Shown piece after piece: positions 21,472 through 32,473 of a stretch of DNA of 64,000 nt. The stretch is taken from contig CANBHY010000002.1 in NCBI GenBank assembly GCA_947368535.1, forward strand, positions 95,536 through 159,535. Reading direction: 5' to 3'. Numbering within the stretch: the stretch's first letter is position 1; the number at the start of each line of letters is the position of its first letter. The DNA comes from an uncultured Clostridium sp. GTDB lineage: Bacteria; Bacillota; Clostridia; TANB77; CAG-508. Position numbers and translations under genes: made by a program. The notes under the pieces were generated by a model. It had not been told where the DNA came from, did not search any database, and saw only the letters and a list, made by a program, of their open reading frames with translations.

Positions 21472-21987
21472 TTATATATTAAAAAATATTTTTGCAAAAA
21501 AAGTTCCCAAAATAATTGAAAAAATATTGCCCAAGATAGCTAAAATAATAACTTTATATGACATTTTTTTGTTGACACATCCACTGTATACTGCTATAGC
21601 ATACATTAAAGTTTCTATAGTACCCATTATTATTGCTGCATTAAAGCTAATATAAGACATTGCCCCATATTCTTGCACCATCTCAGAAAATAGAGCTAAA
21701 CTTGCACTTCCAGACACTGGTTTTAACATAACTAATCCAACTAGCTCTGTAGGAACTTTAAAAAAGCTCAAAATTGGCTCAAAAATACTCGAAAATACAG
21801 AAATTAAGCTAGATGCTCTAAATATACTTACTGCTAAAAAAAGTCCTAAAAAAACAGGAAATAAATTGAAGATCGTATATAGTCCTTCTTTCACTCCTTC
21901 AGCAAATAATTCAAAAACCTTAACTTTATTTAATACCCCAATAACGATAATACCTAGAAGCATAATTGGAATAACCGCACTACTCAT
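21472..21987 (-). CDS. spmB: spore maturation protein B
   Basis: Polytopic membrane protein immediately downstream of spmA, forming an overlapping operon. Nucleoside-transporter-like SpmA/SpmB family. Confidence 0.7.
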   Translation of the reverse strand: MSSAVIPIMLLGIIVIGVLNKVKVFELFAEGVKEGLYTIFNLFPVFLGLFLAVSIFRASSLISVFSSIFEPILSFFKVPTELVGLVMLKPVSGSASLALFSEMVQEYGAMSYISFNAAIIMGTIETLMYAIAVYSGCVNKKMSYKVIILAILGNIFSIILGTFFAKIFFNI

Positions 21988-22562
21988 TAAATTTCCTCTT
22001 CTTCACTTAAAATACACTTTCCTAAAAACATTACAACAGTAAAAGTAATTATACTAGTAAGTAAAATTGGCATTATAATTTTACCTACATTAACATTTCC
22101 ATAAGAAATCATTATACTCATTACAGTTGTAGGAATAATTTGAACTGATAATGTATTCATAAGAATAAATAAGTTCATTTCTGGAGACATTTTTTCAGAT
22201 TTTAATTCTTTATCCATCTCTTTCATAGCTTCTATTCCAGCAGGTGTTGCTGCATTTCCAATTCCAATCATATTTGAAAAAACATTTATTACTATAAAAT
22301 CTTTAGAATTTTGACTAGTCTTTTTATAAAAATAATTAATAAAAGGTCTCAAAATTTTATCAAAAAAGCCCAGAATTTTCGTGTTTTTTACTATTTTTAT
22401 TACACCACACCAAAAGCACATTATACTTGTTATAGAAATTATCATTTCAGTTGTATTTTCAAAACTTAAAAAAATTGCACTATTAATTTCATCCATTCTT
22501 CCAACAAAAACTCCAAAAATAATTGAAACTATTAACATACCAGCCCACAATTTATTAATCAT
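21987..22562 (-). CDS. spmA: spore maturation protein A
   Basis: MINKLWAGMLIVSIIFG N-terminus typical of SpmA. Membrane protein. Confidence 0.7.
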   Translation of the reverse strand: MINKLWAGMLIVSIIFGVFVGRMDEINSAIFLSFENTTEMIISITSIMCFWCGVIKIVKNTKILGFFDKILRPFINYFYKKTSQNSKDFIVINVFSNMIGIGNAATPAGIEAMKEMDKELKSEKMSPEMNLFILMNTLSVQIIPTTVMSIMISYGNVNVGKIIMPILLTSIITFTVVMFLGKCILSEEEEI

Positions 22563-22681
22563 ATTAACCTCTTTATAAATAAATATTCGTATTTATTTAT
22601 TTTTATTCTAAAATAGTTGTTTTTTTTTATCAGGTATGTTATATTATGTCTATAGGACAAAAAGTAGCTTGGAGGTAATTT

Positions 22682-22936
22682 ATGAAACTTTCTACAGGAA
22701 TCATTAGACGTGTAGACGAATTAGGTAGAATTGTTATCCCTAAAGAAATGCGTCGAGAACTTAATATTGATCAAAAAGACCCAATAGAAATATCTATTGA
22801 GGGTCAATCAATTGTATTAAGAAAATATCAAAATAAATGTGTTTTTTGCGGAGCATTAAAACCTACTATTCGTTACAATGGTAAGCTAATATGTACACAT
22901 TGTTTAAAAGAGATTAACAAATCTCTAGAAACTTAA
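22682..22936 (+). CDS. AbrB/SpoVT-family DNA-binding protein with C-terminal Cys4 zinc-ribbon
   Basis: N-terminus MKLSTGIIRRVDELGRIVIPKEMRRELNI is the AbrB swapped-hairpin domain. C-terminus has CVFCG...CTHC (CxxC-x16-CxxC). GGAGG RBS. Confidence 0.7.
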   Translation: MKLSTGIIRRVDELGRIVIPKEMRRELNIDQKDPIEISIEGQSIVLRKYQNKCVFCGALKPTIRYNGKLICTHCLKEINKSLET

Positions 22937-22966
22937 AAAGTCACCCAGTCATGGGTGACTTTTTAA
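22935..22966. terminator. bidirectional terminator hairpin
   Basis: AGTCACCCA gtcat TGGGTGACT followed by TTTTT. Confidence 0.65.
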
Positions 22967-22967
22967 G

Positions 22968-23798
22968 TTATTTATTTATAAACTCCTTATAAATTTCATT
23001 TTTAGGTATATTTCTATCTTTTGCTATTTTTTTTATAATTTCTTTTTTATCACATCCCTGTTTTTCATAAAATTTATAATGTTCTTCTAAAGACATCTCA
23101 TTTCTACTTTCTTTTTCCATATCTTCTTCCGATTTTTTAGAACCTTCAACAATAATAACCATTTCTCCTCTAGATTCTATTTGTTCTATAATCTTTGAAA
23201 TTTTTCCTCTAATAAATTCCTCATGTATTTTTGTTATTTCTCTACCTATTGAAATCTCTCTATCTCCTAATATTTCTAACATACTTCTTAAAGTGTCTTC
23301 TATTTTGTGTGGCGCTTCATAAAAAATCATAGTATATATATTATTTTTTAAACTCTCTAATTTCTCTCTTTTTTCCTTCTTTTTTGTAGACAAAAATCCA
23401 ACAAACAAAAACTGCTTTGTATCTAAACCTGAACATATTAACGAATTAATAGCTGCACAAGCTCCTGGAATCGGAATAATACAAATATTTTCATTTATAG
23501 CCTCTTTAATAACTTCCTCACCAGGATCAGAAATTCCTGGTGTTCCAGCATCTGAAACTACTGCAACATCTTTTCCATCTTTTATTTTATTAATAATCAT
23601 TTTCGCTTTTGTCTTTTCTGTTTCTTTATAATAACTTATTAGTGGTTTAGAAATATTTAAATGATTTAGTAATTTTAAAGTATGTCTAGTATCTTCAGCA
23701 GCTATTATATCAACAGTATTTAAAACTTTAACCGCTCTATATGTTATATCATCCAAATTTCCTATTGGTGTAGCAACTATATACAATTTTCCTTCCAT
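22968..23798 (-). CDS. rsmI: 16S rRNA (cytidine1402-2'-O)-methyltransferase
   Basis: Tetrapyrrole-methylase fold N-terminus (LYIVATPIGNLDDIT). Confidence 0.8.
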   Translation of the reverse strand: MEGKLYIVATPIGNLDDITYRAVKVLNTVDIIAAEDTRHTLKLLNHLNISKPLISYYKETEKTKAKMIINKIKDGKDVAVVSDAGTPGISDPGEEVIKEAINENICIIPIPGACAAINSLICSGLDTKQFLFVGFLSTKKKEKREKLESLKNNIYTMIFYEAPHKIEDTLRSMLEILGDREISIGREITKIHEEFIRGKISKIIEQIESRGEMVIIVEGSKKSEEDMEKESRNEMSLEEHYKFYEKQGCDKKEIIKKIAKDRNIPKNEIYKEFINK

Positions 23799-23811
23799 AT
23801 CTTTTCTCCAT

Positions 23812-24564
23812 TTAACTTTCTTTATTATACATTTTTAAAATTTCATCTGTATATTCATTTTTTTCATTATACACAATTAATGGTTCTAATATTTCTAATT
23901 GTGGCTTTCCGCATTTTACGCCCTTAACTAACACTAAATTAGCCTTATCATTAATGTGAGGATATACTAATTGTATCTCTTTAGGTTCTATTTTATTTTT
24001 TCTCATAAGTTCTATAATAGACACTAATCTTTCTGGTCTATGAACCATATAAAAAACAGCGTTATCCTTTAAAATCTTAGAACTTTCATAAATTATATCC
24101 TCTAAAGTACATTTTACTTCATGTCTCGAAATTAGTTTCTTTTCATTATCATTTACAAGTCCAGTTGAAATTTTTTTATATGGTGGATTAGTCACTATCA
24201 CATCAAAAAATTTTTTATACTTTTTTGAACTCATTCCAACAATATCAAGATTTTCAAGAATTACTTTGTCATCTAGTTCATTCATTTGGACACTTCGACT
24301 AGCCATTTCTATCATATCTGGTTGTATATCAAAGCCATAAATCTTATCTACTTTTTCATTTTTAGCAGCCATTAAAATACTAATAATTCCTGTTCCAGTA
24401 CCTAAATCAGCAATTATAGAATCTTTTTTCAGCACTTTTGCAAAATTTGCAATTAAAACACTATCCATTCCAAAGCAAAAACCGTCATTTTTTTGAATTA
24501 TTTTCATTCCTTTGTAATCTAAATCATCAATTCGTTCATTTTCTAAGCACTTTACGTTCTTCAT
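23812..24564 (-). CDS. tRNA1(Val) (adenine37-N6)-methyltransferase family (YfiC/YabB-like SAM MTase)
   Basis: SAM-binding DLGTGTG motif and N6-adenine MTase NPPY motif (VTNPPY). Confidence 0.7.
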   Translation of the reverse strand: MKNVKCLENERIDDLDYKGMKIIQKNDGFCFGMDSVLIANFAKVLKKDSIIADLGTGTGIISILMAAKNEKVDKIYGFDIQPDMIEMASRSVQMNELDDKVILENLDIVGMSSKKYKKFFDVIVTNPPYKKISTGLVNDNEKKLISRHEVKCTLEDIIYESSKILKDNAVFYMVHRPERLVSIIELMRKNKIEPKEIQLVYPHINDKANLVLVKGVKCGKPQLEILEPLIVYNEKNEYTDEILKMYNKES

Positions 24565-24644
24565 TTATATCTAATTCCTTCACACTCATATACAATTTTG
24601 CATATTATATAATAAAAAAATAAAACATGCAAAAAGGTGAGAAT

Positions 24645-24800
24645 ATGAACAAAAAATCAAAAAATTTTTCAATTAAAAATACAATTTCATCATTATACGA
24701 AGTTGAACATTTTTTAAACAGTTATAATACATTTTCTGATGCTGTTTCAATACTAAAAATATTAAAACACAGAAAAAATAAAAAAACTAAACAAAATTAA
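24645..24800 (+). CDS. small hypothetical basic protein (51 aa), below the ORF-track cutoff
   Basis: ATG preceded by AAAGGTGA RBS at ideal spacing. Translation is MNKKSKNFSIKNTISSLYEVEHFLNSYNTFSDAVSILKILKHRKNKKTKQN. It overlaps the stop of the convergent gene by 4 nt. Confidence 0.3.
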   Translation: MNKKSKNFSIKNTISSLYEVEHFLNSYNTFSDAVSILKILKHRKNKKTKQN

Positions 24801-25345
24801 TTATCTCTTTTGGTAAAGCTATCTTTTAATGCTTCTATTTGCTCACCATTAATAAGAATTTTAACACTTGAAATATCTTTGAATTCTAAAAGAGTATCAA
24901 CTACAGAATAAACTCTATTTTTAAACATTTCTGGATTTTCATCACAATCTTTTGCAAAATTCTCATTAAAGTCAATCTCTATCTCTTCTCCATTTAGAGT
25001 TGTAAGATTTAAAACTGTTCCTTCCGGAATAGTATTTTTTAAATTTTCATCTTCTGATCCTTCGATTAAAAAATTAATTACTTTCTCATATGGGTTTTCA
25101 ATTAATTCTTTTGCATCAATATTTCTTGCTTCAGGTACTATTTCTCCAGTTTTATTATTAACAAAATATAATGTAACTATTGTCATTCTATTCTGCTCAT
25201 CACTAATTTCCTGCTCAGGAACATACTCTAATACGGTGTTTGCCTCGTTATTATCTTTAATTTCAATATTATTAAATATAGCTATCCCTACTAATACTAC
25301 AAATAAAATCAATACAACAATATAAACAATCTTTTTCTTGCTCAT
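24797..25345 (-). CDS. GerMN-domain-like membrane-anchored protein
   Basis: N-terminal TM anchor. TLYFVNNKTGEIVPE...LIEG region resembles the GerMN (germane) domain. Confidence 0.45.
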   Translation of the reverse strand: MSKKKIVYIVVLILFVVLVGIAIFNNIEIKDNNEANTVLEYVPEQEISDEQNRMTIVTLYFVNNKTGEIVPEARNIDAKELIENPYEKVINFLIEGSEDENLKNTIPEGTVLNLTTLNGEEIEIDFNENFAKDCDENPEMFKNRVYSVVDTLLEFKDISSVKILINGEQIEALKDSFTKRDN

Positions 25346-25536
25346 AAGTTCTCCTTTCTATTTAATTATTAAGTAATATAGTTAAAAACTAATAATTCTA
25401 AAATCATTTTATTTTAGAAAGCAAAAAATATGCCATATATATGTCAAAAACGGCATTTTAGCCATTTTTATACATTGACAAATACAGTTTTTCATTATAA
25501 GATAAGCGTGATTTATTATAAGCAAGGAGAAAAATA

Positions 25537-28500
25537 ATGTCAGAATTATTACATGTAGGATTAGATGTAGGTTCAACAACAGTAAAAATCGTTGTAATGA
25601 ATGATAAACAAGAAACAATATATACAAACTATACTAGACACTTTTCAGATACAAAAAATACAATATGTAATGTCTTAGAACAACTATCAAAAGATTATCC
25701 AGATGCTACATATACAATGGCTCTTACTGGTTCTGGAGCCATGTCAGCAGCTAATTTTTTAAAAATACCATTTATACAAGAAGTTATATCTTGTAAACGA
25801 GCTGTTGAAAAATATTTGCCAGAAACTGATATCGTTATTGAATTAGGTGGCGAAGACGCTAAAATCATATATTTTGATAAATTTATTGAGCAAAGAATGA
25901 ACGGAACTTGCGCTGGTGGAACAGGTGCATTTTTAGATCAAATGGCATCATTATTAAATACCGATACAGCAGGACTTAACGAATTAGCAAAAAGCTATAA
26001 AGTTATTTATCCAATTGCATCAAGATGCGGTGTATTTGCTAAAACTGATGTACAACCACTTTTAAACGAAGGTTCTAGAAAAGAAGATATTGCTGCATCA
26101 ATTTTTCAAGCAGTTGTTAATCAAACTATCAGTGGTTTAGCTTGTGGCAGACCAATTAGAGGAAAGGTTGCTTTTCTTGGAGGACCACTTAGTTACCTTC
26201 CAGAGCTTAGAAAACGTTTTATAGAAACACTTGAATTAAAAGATAATGAAATTCTTATTCCTGAAAATGCTCATCTTTTAGTAGCTAAAGGAGCAGCTCT
26301 AGATTCATTAAATTCACCAGAATTTTCAAATTCTCAATTAAAAGAAAAAATTAAAGATTTAAAAGTTGCTAAAGATACGACTACTAAGCCATTAGATCCT
26401 CTTTTTTCTAACGAAGAAGAATATAAAAAATTCAAAAAAAGACATGACAAAGCAAAAATTAAAACAAAATCCCTAGAAAAATATACTGGTGACTGTTTTG
26501 TTGGAATTGATGCTGGTTCAACTACTACAAAATTAGTATTAATAGATACTGATAAAAATTTACTTTATTCTGACTATAAAAGCAACGAAGGCAATCCACT
26601 AAATAGCGTTATAAAAATGCTAAAATCTATGTATGAAAAATTACCTGAAACTGCTAGAATTAGATTTGCTGGAGTAACTGGCTATGGTGAAAAATTAATT
26701 CAAACAGCTTTAAATGTTGATTTAAATGAAATTGAAACAATAGCTCATTACACAGCAGCAAAAGAATTTATGCCAAATGTTACTAGTATCATTGATATTG
26801 GTGGACAAGATATGAAATACATAAAAATGAAAGAAGACGTTATAGACAATATAATGCTAAATGAAGCATGTTCTTCTGGATGTGGATCTTTCATTGAAAC
26901 TTTTGCTAAAAGTTTAGGTTTAACCATCGAAGAATTCGTAAAATCTGCTATTGATTCAAAGGCTCCTGTAGACTTAGGCTCAAGATGTACAGTATTTATG
27001 AACTCAAAAATAAAGCAAGCACAAAAAGAAGGTTACAGTGTTGGCGATATTTCTGCTGGTCTTTCTTTTTCAGTAGTAAAAAATGCTATTCAAAAAGTTA
27101 TGAAAGTCCGTGATATGAAAACTCTTGGAAAACACATTGTTGTACAAGGTGGAACATTCTACAATGATGCTGTTTTAAGAAGTTTTGAAATATTAGTAGG
27201 ACAAAATGTAATTAGACCAAATATATCTGGATTAATGGGTGCATACGGTGTTGCACTACTTTCTAAAGAACAATTTGAAGCAAATTTAGATATGGAATAT
27301 ACTTCAACATTACTAAAAACAGAAGAATTAGATAATCTAAACATAAAAACAACACAAGTACGTTGTGGAAAATGTGAAAATAATTGTCTATTAACCATAA
27401 ATAAATTTAATGATAGTAAATCATTTATATCTGGAAATCGCTGTGAAAAAGGAAGCGGTGGAATTACTGAAAACAAAAATCTACCAAACATGTATAAATA
27501 TAAATTTGAAAGATTATTTGGATATGAGCCATTATCTGAAGAAAAAGCCTTCAGAGGAACAATTGGAATACCTAGAGTTCTAAATATGTATGAAGATTAT
27601 CCATTTTGGTTTACCTTCCTAACAAACTTAGGATTTAGAGTAATTCTTTCAGAAAAAAGTACTAGAAAAACATATGAAAAAGGTATGGAATCAATGCCTT
27701 CGGAATCAGTATGTTACCCTGCTAAATTAAGTCATGGACATATAATGGATCTTCTAGAAAAAGGTATTAAAACAATATTCTATCCTTGTATTCCTTATTC
27801 AAGAAAAGAATATCAAAAAGCAAATAACCATTATAATTGTCCAATCGTAATATCATATTCAGAAGTACTTAAAAACAACGTAGAAGACCTTAAATCTGAA
27901 AATATTAAATTCATTAATACATTTTTACCTTTCGAGATAAAAAACCTCGTAAAAGTCATTTTAGAGCGTGATGAATTTAAAGAATATAATTTTACTAAAA
28001 AAGAATTAACTGAAGCAGCAAAAAAAGCAGAAGAAGAGTATCAAAATTTCAAAAATGATGTCGATAAAAAAGGTCAAGAAATACTAGATTATATGAACAA
28101 AAATGATTTACGAGGAATTGTTCTTGCAGGAAGACCATATCACGTAGATCCAGAAGTAAATCATGGAATTGATACATTAATAACTAGTTTAGGTCTATGT
28201 GTTCTTTCAGAAGACAGTATATCTAAAAAAACTGAAGCAAAAAGACCTATCAGAGTAGTTGATCAATGGGTATATCATGCCAGACTATATGCTGCAGCAG
28301 AATTTACAGGTCAACATGATAACTTAGAACTAATACAATTAAACTCTTTTGGATGTGGCGTTGATGCTGTAACAACAGACCAAGTAGAAGAAATATTAAA
28401 AAGTTATGAAAATATGTACACTCTAATCAAAATAGATGAAGTTAATAACTTAGGAGCAGTCAGAATACGTATTCGTTCACTACTAGCTAGTATGAATAAG

Positions 28501-29820
28501 AAAATAAAAGAAAAGTCAGAAAGACAAACTTGTGAAGATTGTAAGTCCGTAGGAGATTATGAACTTCACCCTATAGAGTTTACTAAAGAGATGAAAAAAG
28601 ACTATACTATTTTAATTCCTCAAATGGCCCCAATCCATTTTGAATTAATAGAAACAGCCGTTAAATCTTGTGGATATAATGTAGAGTTATTAAGAAATTG
28701 CACACCAAATACAGTTGAAACAGGATTGAAATATGTAAATAATGATGCATGCTATCCTTCAATTTTAACTACGGGTCAAATGATTGAAGCCTTAGAGTCA
28801 GGTAAATATGATCCAAATAAAACAGCCTTAATAATGTCTCAAACTGGTGGAGGTTGTAGAGCAACTAACTATATTGGATTTATAAGAAAAGCTCTAAAAG
28901 ACGCCGGTTTCTCACAAGTACCAGTTATATCATTTAATGTGGTTGGTATGGAAAAAATGTCTGGATTTAAAATTACAATTGGCTTAGCAGAAAGACTACT
29001 AAAAAGTGTTACCTATGGTGATTTACTTCAAAAATTATTAATGAAAAATCGCGCATACGAAATAAACAAAGGTGAAACAGAAAAATTATATGAAAAATGG
29101 TTACAAAAATGTAAACAATTAGTTAAAAAATCAAATAGTAAACAATTTAAACAAAGCATTTATGATATTGTAGAAGATTTTGAAAAAATAGAATTAGACA
29201 CAAGTATACCAAAACCTAAAGTTGGTATAGTTGGAGAAGTCTTAATAAAATATCATCCTTTTGGAAACAACTTTGTAGCCAACGTTTTAGAAAAAGAAGG
29301 TGCTGAAGTAATATTACCAGACTTTATGGGATTTATAAAATTTATAGCAACTCATAAAATAACATTTAATAAACTATTAAAAATAGATAAAACAAAAGCA
29401 ACCATCTTTAGAGCAGCTATAAAATTAATAGATATTTTTGAAAAAGATTTAAAAATTGCCTTATCAAAATCTAATAAAAACTACCTGCCACCTTGCGATA
29501 TCTGGCATTTAGAAAATAAAGTAAAAGATATTCTATCTATTGGAAATCAAACTGGTGAAGGTTGGTTCCTAACAGCAGAAATGGTAGAATATATAGAACA
29601 TGACATTCCTAATATCGTTTGTGTTCAACCATTTGCATGTCTTCCTAACCATATTGTTGGAAAAGGTGTAATAAAAACTATTAGAGAAACTTATCCAAAT
29701 GCTAATATTACACCAGTTGATTATGATCCTGGAGCAAGCGAATCAAACCAAACTAATCGATTAAAATTATTAATGACAGTTGCAAAAGATAATTTAAAAA
29801 CAGAACAAAATAAAAAATAA
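25537..29820 (+). CDS. acyl-CoA dehydratase activase-related protein (two BadF/BadG/BcrA/BcrD-type ATPase domains fused to an HgdB-like domain)
   Basis: Two ASKHA-type ATPase N-termini (LHVGLDVGSTTVKIV and CFVGIDAGSTTTKLVL), two Cys-rich segments, and a long C-terminal dehydratase-subunit-like region. 1427 aa. GGAG RBS. Confidence 0.75.
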   Translation: MSELLHVGLDVGSTTVKIVVMNDKQETIYTNYTRHFSDTKNTICNVLEQLSKDYPDATYTMALTGSGAMSAANFLKIPFIQEVISCKRAVEKYLPETDIVIELGGEDAKIIYFDKFIEQRMNGTCAGGTGAFLDQMASLLNTDTAGLNELAKSYKVIYPIASRCGVFAKTDVQPLLNEGSRKEDIAASIFQAVVNQTISGLACGRPIRGKVAFLGGPLSYLPELRKRFIETLELKDNEILIPENAHLLVAKGAALDSLNSPEFSNSQLKEKIKDLKVAKDTTTKPLDPLFSNEEEYKKFKKRHDKAKIKTKSLEKYTGDCFVGIDAGSTTTKLVLIDTDKNLLYSDYKSNEGNPLNSVIKMLKSMYEKLPETARIRFAGVTGYGEKLIQTALNVDLNEIETIAHYTAAKEFMPNVTSIIDIGGQDMKYIKMKEDVIDNIMLNEACSSGCGSFIETFAKSLGLTIEEFVKSAIDSKAPVDLGSRCTVFMNSKIKQAQKEGYSVGDISAGLSFSVVKNAIQKVMKVRDMKTLGKHIVVQGGTFYNDAVLRSFEILVGQNVIRPNISGLMGAYGVALLSKEQFEANLDMEYTSTLLKTEELDNLNIKTTQVRCGKCENNCLLTINKFNDSKSFISGNRCEKGSGGITENKNLPNMYKYKFERLFGYEPLSEEKAFRGTIGIPRVLNMYEDYPFWFTFLTNLGFRVILSEKSTRKTYEKGMESMPSESVCYPAKLSHGHIMDLLEKGIKTIFYPCIPYSRKEYQKANNHYNCPIVISYSEVLKNNVEDLKSENIKFINTFLPFEIKNLVKVILERDEFKEYNFTKKELTEAAKKAEEEYQNFKNDVDKKGQEILDYMNKNDLRGIVLAGRPYHVDPEVNHGIDTLITSLGLCVLSEDSISKKTEAKRPIRVVDQWVYHARLYAAAEFTGQHDNLELIQLNSFGCGVDAVTTDQVEEILKSYENMYTLIKIDEVNNLGAVRIRIRSLLASMNKKIKEKSERQTCEDCKSVGDYELHPIEFTKEMKKDYTILIPQMAPIHFELIETAVKSCGYNVELLRNCTPNTVETGLKYVNNDACYPSILTTGQMIEALESGKYDPNKTALIMSQTGGGCRATNYIGFIRKALKDAGFSQVPVISFNVVGMEKMSGFKITIGLAERLLKSVTYGDLLQKLLMKNRAYEINKGETEKLYEKWLQKCKQLVKKSNSKQFKQSIYDIVEDFEKIELDTSIPKPKVGIVGEVLIKYHPFGNNFVANVLEKEGAEVILPDFMGFIKFIATHKITFNKLLKIDKTKATIFRAAIKLIDIFEKDLKIALSKSNKNYLPPCDIWHLENKVKDILSIGNQTGEGWFLTAEMVEYIEHDIPNIVCVQPFACLPNHIVGKGVIKTIRETYPNANITPVDYDPGASESNQTNRLKLLMTVAKDNLKTEQNKK

Positions 29821-29825
29821 AAAAA

Positions 29826-29856
29826 ATGGATAACTTAGGTTATCCATTTTTTTTCG
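29826..29856 (+). terminator. rho-independent terminator of the activase gene
   Basis: TGGATAAC ttag GTTATCCA followed by TTTTTTTT. Confidence 0.75.
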
Positions 29857-31039
29857 CATTCTAGATAAAAATTTTTGTTTTCAAAATTATAAATATAAAT
29901 TTTATATAAATATCTTTAAAACATCAAGCATTTTTATAGAAAATCCCCTAAATATTTAAATATTACATCCACTTTTTCTATCCTATTTAACTCTTAATTT
30001 TATATATATAACAATTTTATCTTCAATCATTATATCATCTTTGTCTTTCACGTACTGTTTTTGTTTTGTTACATAAAAAATTGGCATCTAAAAAAAATTT
30101 TTCATTTTTCTTTTCAACATAAGTATTATTTTTAAAAGTTTAAAATAATTAATTTTTATCAGTGACTTTATATTAAAAAAAATAAAAAGCAAAATGTTTT
30201 AAAAAAAATACCCTAAATAATTCAATTTAAGAACATTCTTTTAATCTTTAAAAGCTAGTAAACATGGGAAATTTGTGCTAAAAAGATTATTTCAAAAATA
30301 TTTAAAATGTTGCAAACAAAAATCCTTGCAAAAATCGAATATTATATTTTAATGATAATTAACATTAACCTTTTGACAAAAATCAATTAAAACGGAAAAT
30401 AAAAGGTCAAATAATTTTATCTCAAAAAAATTTATGGACAACTCATCAAATCATAAAAATAGTGTAGCTTATATTTTTTTATCCTCTAAAATTTTTTCTC
30501 TATCATTTTTTATTAGTAATTATTTTCTTCAAAATTGCTTTTACTCTAAAAAATTTAATAAAAATAGCAATTATTACATAAAAAATATAAAATAATTATT
30601 ATAAAAATAATTAAATAATAAAAAATAATAATTATTCTTACTTTTTCGCATAAAAATACGATTTTTAAAGCATTTATTACAGTTAAATTCGAACATCTAT
30701 CAATATCAAATTTTCACTCTTTTAAAAACAAATTTCAGTAAAAAATAATTTTTTTCCTTAAATAGCAAAAAAAATTTTTTTCTCGATCAAAAATCCGAAA
30801 TTTTTTTAGTCAATATGATTTTCCCATATATCTCATCTAAATTACTAATTTAAAAAAAGCTATTATTCTAATCATTCATTTTAAAATTTATAAAATCTCA
30901 TCAAAAATATAAAAATATCACCATATACAAAATAGAAAAACTAAAATAATGCTTAATAAAATATAATCGCTATATTATAGGAAATAAGCAAACTAGCAGA
31001 TTTTATATAATTATGGATATGCTTCAAAAATAATATTAA

Positions 31040-31054
31040 TTGCCAAAAAAGTAG
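31040..31054 (-). repeat. 15-nt motif copy (reverse complement CTACTTTTTTGGCAA)
   Basis: Read directly from the sequence: TTGCCAAAAAAGTAG. Confidence 0.6.
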
Positions 31055-32458
31055 TTGTGCTCCTTTCTCTACATTCAGCATAGAAATGACAATTTAAAAT
31101 AGATAAATAAGTCATCTACTTTTTTAGAAATCTTGTTATTAAAATGAAATGACAAATCAAAAATGCACATTTTATAAAAATTTTATTGCTCTTATAAAAC
31201 AAATAGCATATTTTTATTTTTTAAAATAAAAACTCTACTTTTCATGAATTTTAAATTACAATAAAATAATATTTATAAAAAACGTATGTTTGTTTTTGAA
31301 TATTTTTTAAAAATATAGCCTTAAATTCTTCATTTATGTTATGTATACTTATTATTTTTTAAAAAATATCTAAAAATTCAACCTTAGTTATACCAAGCAT
31401 TTCAAATTTTATATACTTTAATATTCTTTCATCTACATTTATATTTACATAATTCTTAATAATATCAAATTACATCAATTTTTTTGATTACCCGATCTTC
31501 TCTATCATATACATATATTAAGTCAAAATATATTTTAAAAAAGACTAAAAATTAAAATTTTTATTTTTCTCTATGCATTTTTAAAAAATTTTAATTTTTA
31601 GACATACTTACTATTTTTTTAAATTATCCTACAAATTTAAAAATATTATAAAAAAGATAATTCTTAAAAAAATCACGTCAAAATTATCCATTTTTTAAAT
31701 TTATTCATTTTTATAATATTCAATCAAATATAGGATTTACAAGCTGTATACGTTTTTTATATAAATGTAATAATGAACTTTTCAAAATTGTTTGCAAAAA
31801 ATAAAATGAAAATCAGAGAAATATTTTTAGTTATTTTTGAGTCAATCAATAATAAAATTTTTTAATTAATTGGCAATTATTTTTATTTAAAATACATACC
31901 TATGACAAAAATAACTTAAAATATAATCCAATTAAAAAATACTTTAACTTTTTACCTTATTTTTAATTTTTATATCTATTTATTCAAAAATACTAAATAT
32001 TACACTAATATAGCATAATATTCAATTAATAATTTATTTATTTATTTTTTTAATGTAAACTTACTAAAAAAAGCTGCTTTTTTTGGTAAAAATCTATAAA
32101 ATTCATATATAGTATTACACTAAATATGATAATTTTTAAAAATTTTTCTAAAAATATACAAATAACACTACTCATTAATATATAAACCTACATTAAATTT
32201 TTTATATACCAAAACAATATATTTTTTAGTCATACGTTAATCAATCCTCTTTTTATGCTTCAAAAAATATTTTTTAATATTTTTTTCTCGTTTTCATTTT
32301 TAAAAATGCAAAATACATATTTTATTTATAAAAAAAAGTTTTAAAAAAATTATGCTTTTTTTCACTTTTAATGTCCAACTTCAATTCATTAAATATGCGG
32401 AAATAAAGATAATTCAAAAAACAGTATATTTTTATTATATATATTTTTTTTAATTTTA

Positions 32459-32473
32459 TTGTCAAAAAAGAAG
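32459..32473 (-). repeat. 15-nt motif copy (reverse complement CTTCTTTTTTGACAA)
   Basis: TTGTCAAAAAAGAAG. Confidence 0.6.

Noticed and set aside
22640-22660. GGACAAAAAGTAG upstream of the AbrB-like gene, resembling the reverse complement of the 15-nt motif
   Set aside because: Only 11/15 match, and the T/A-rich part is uninformative. Probably chance.
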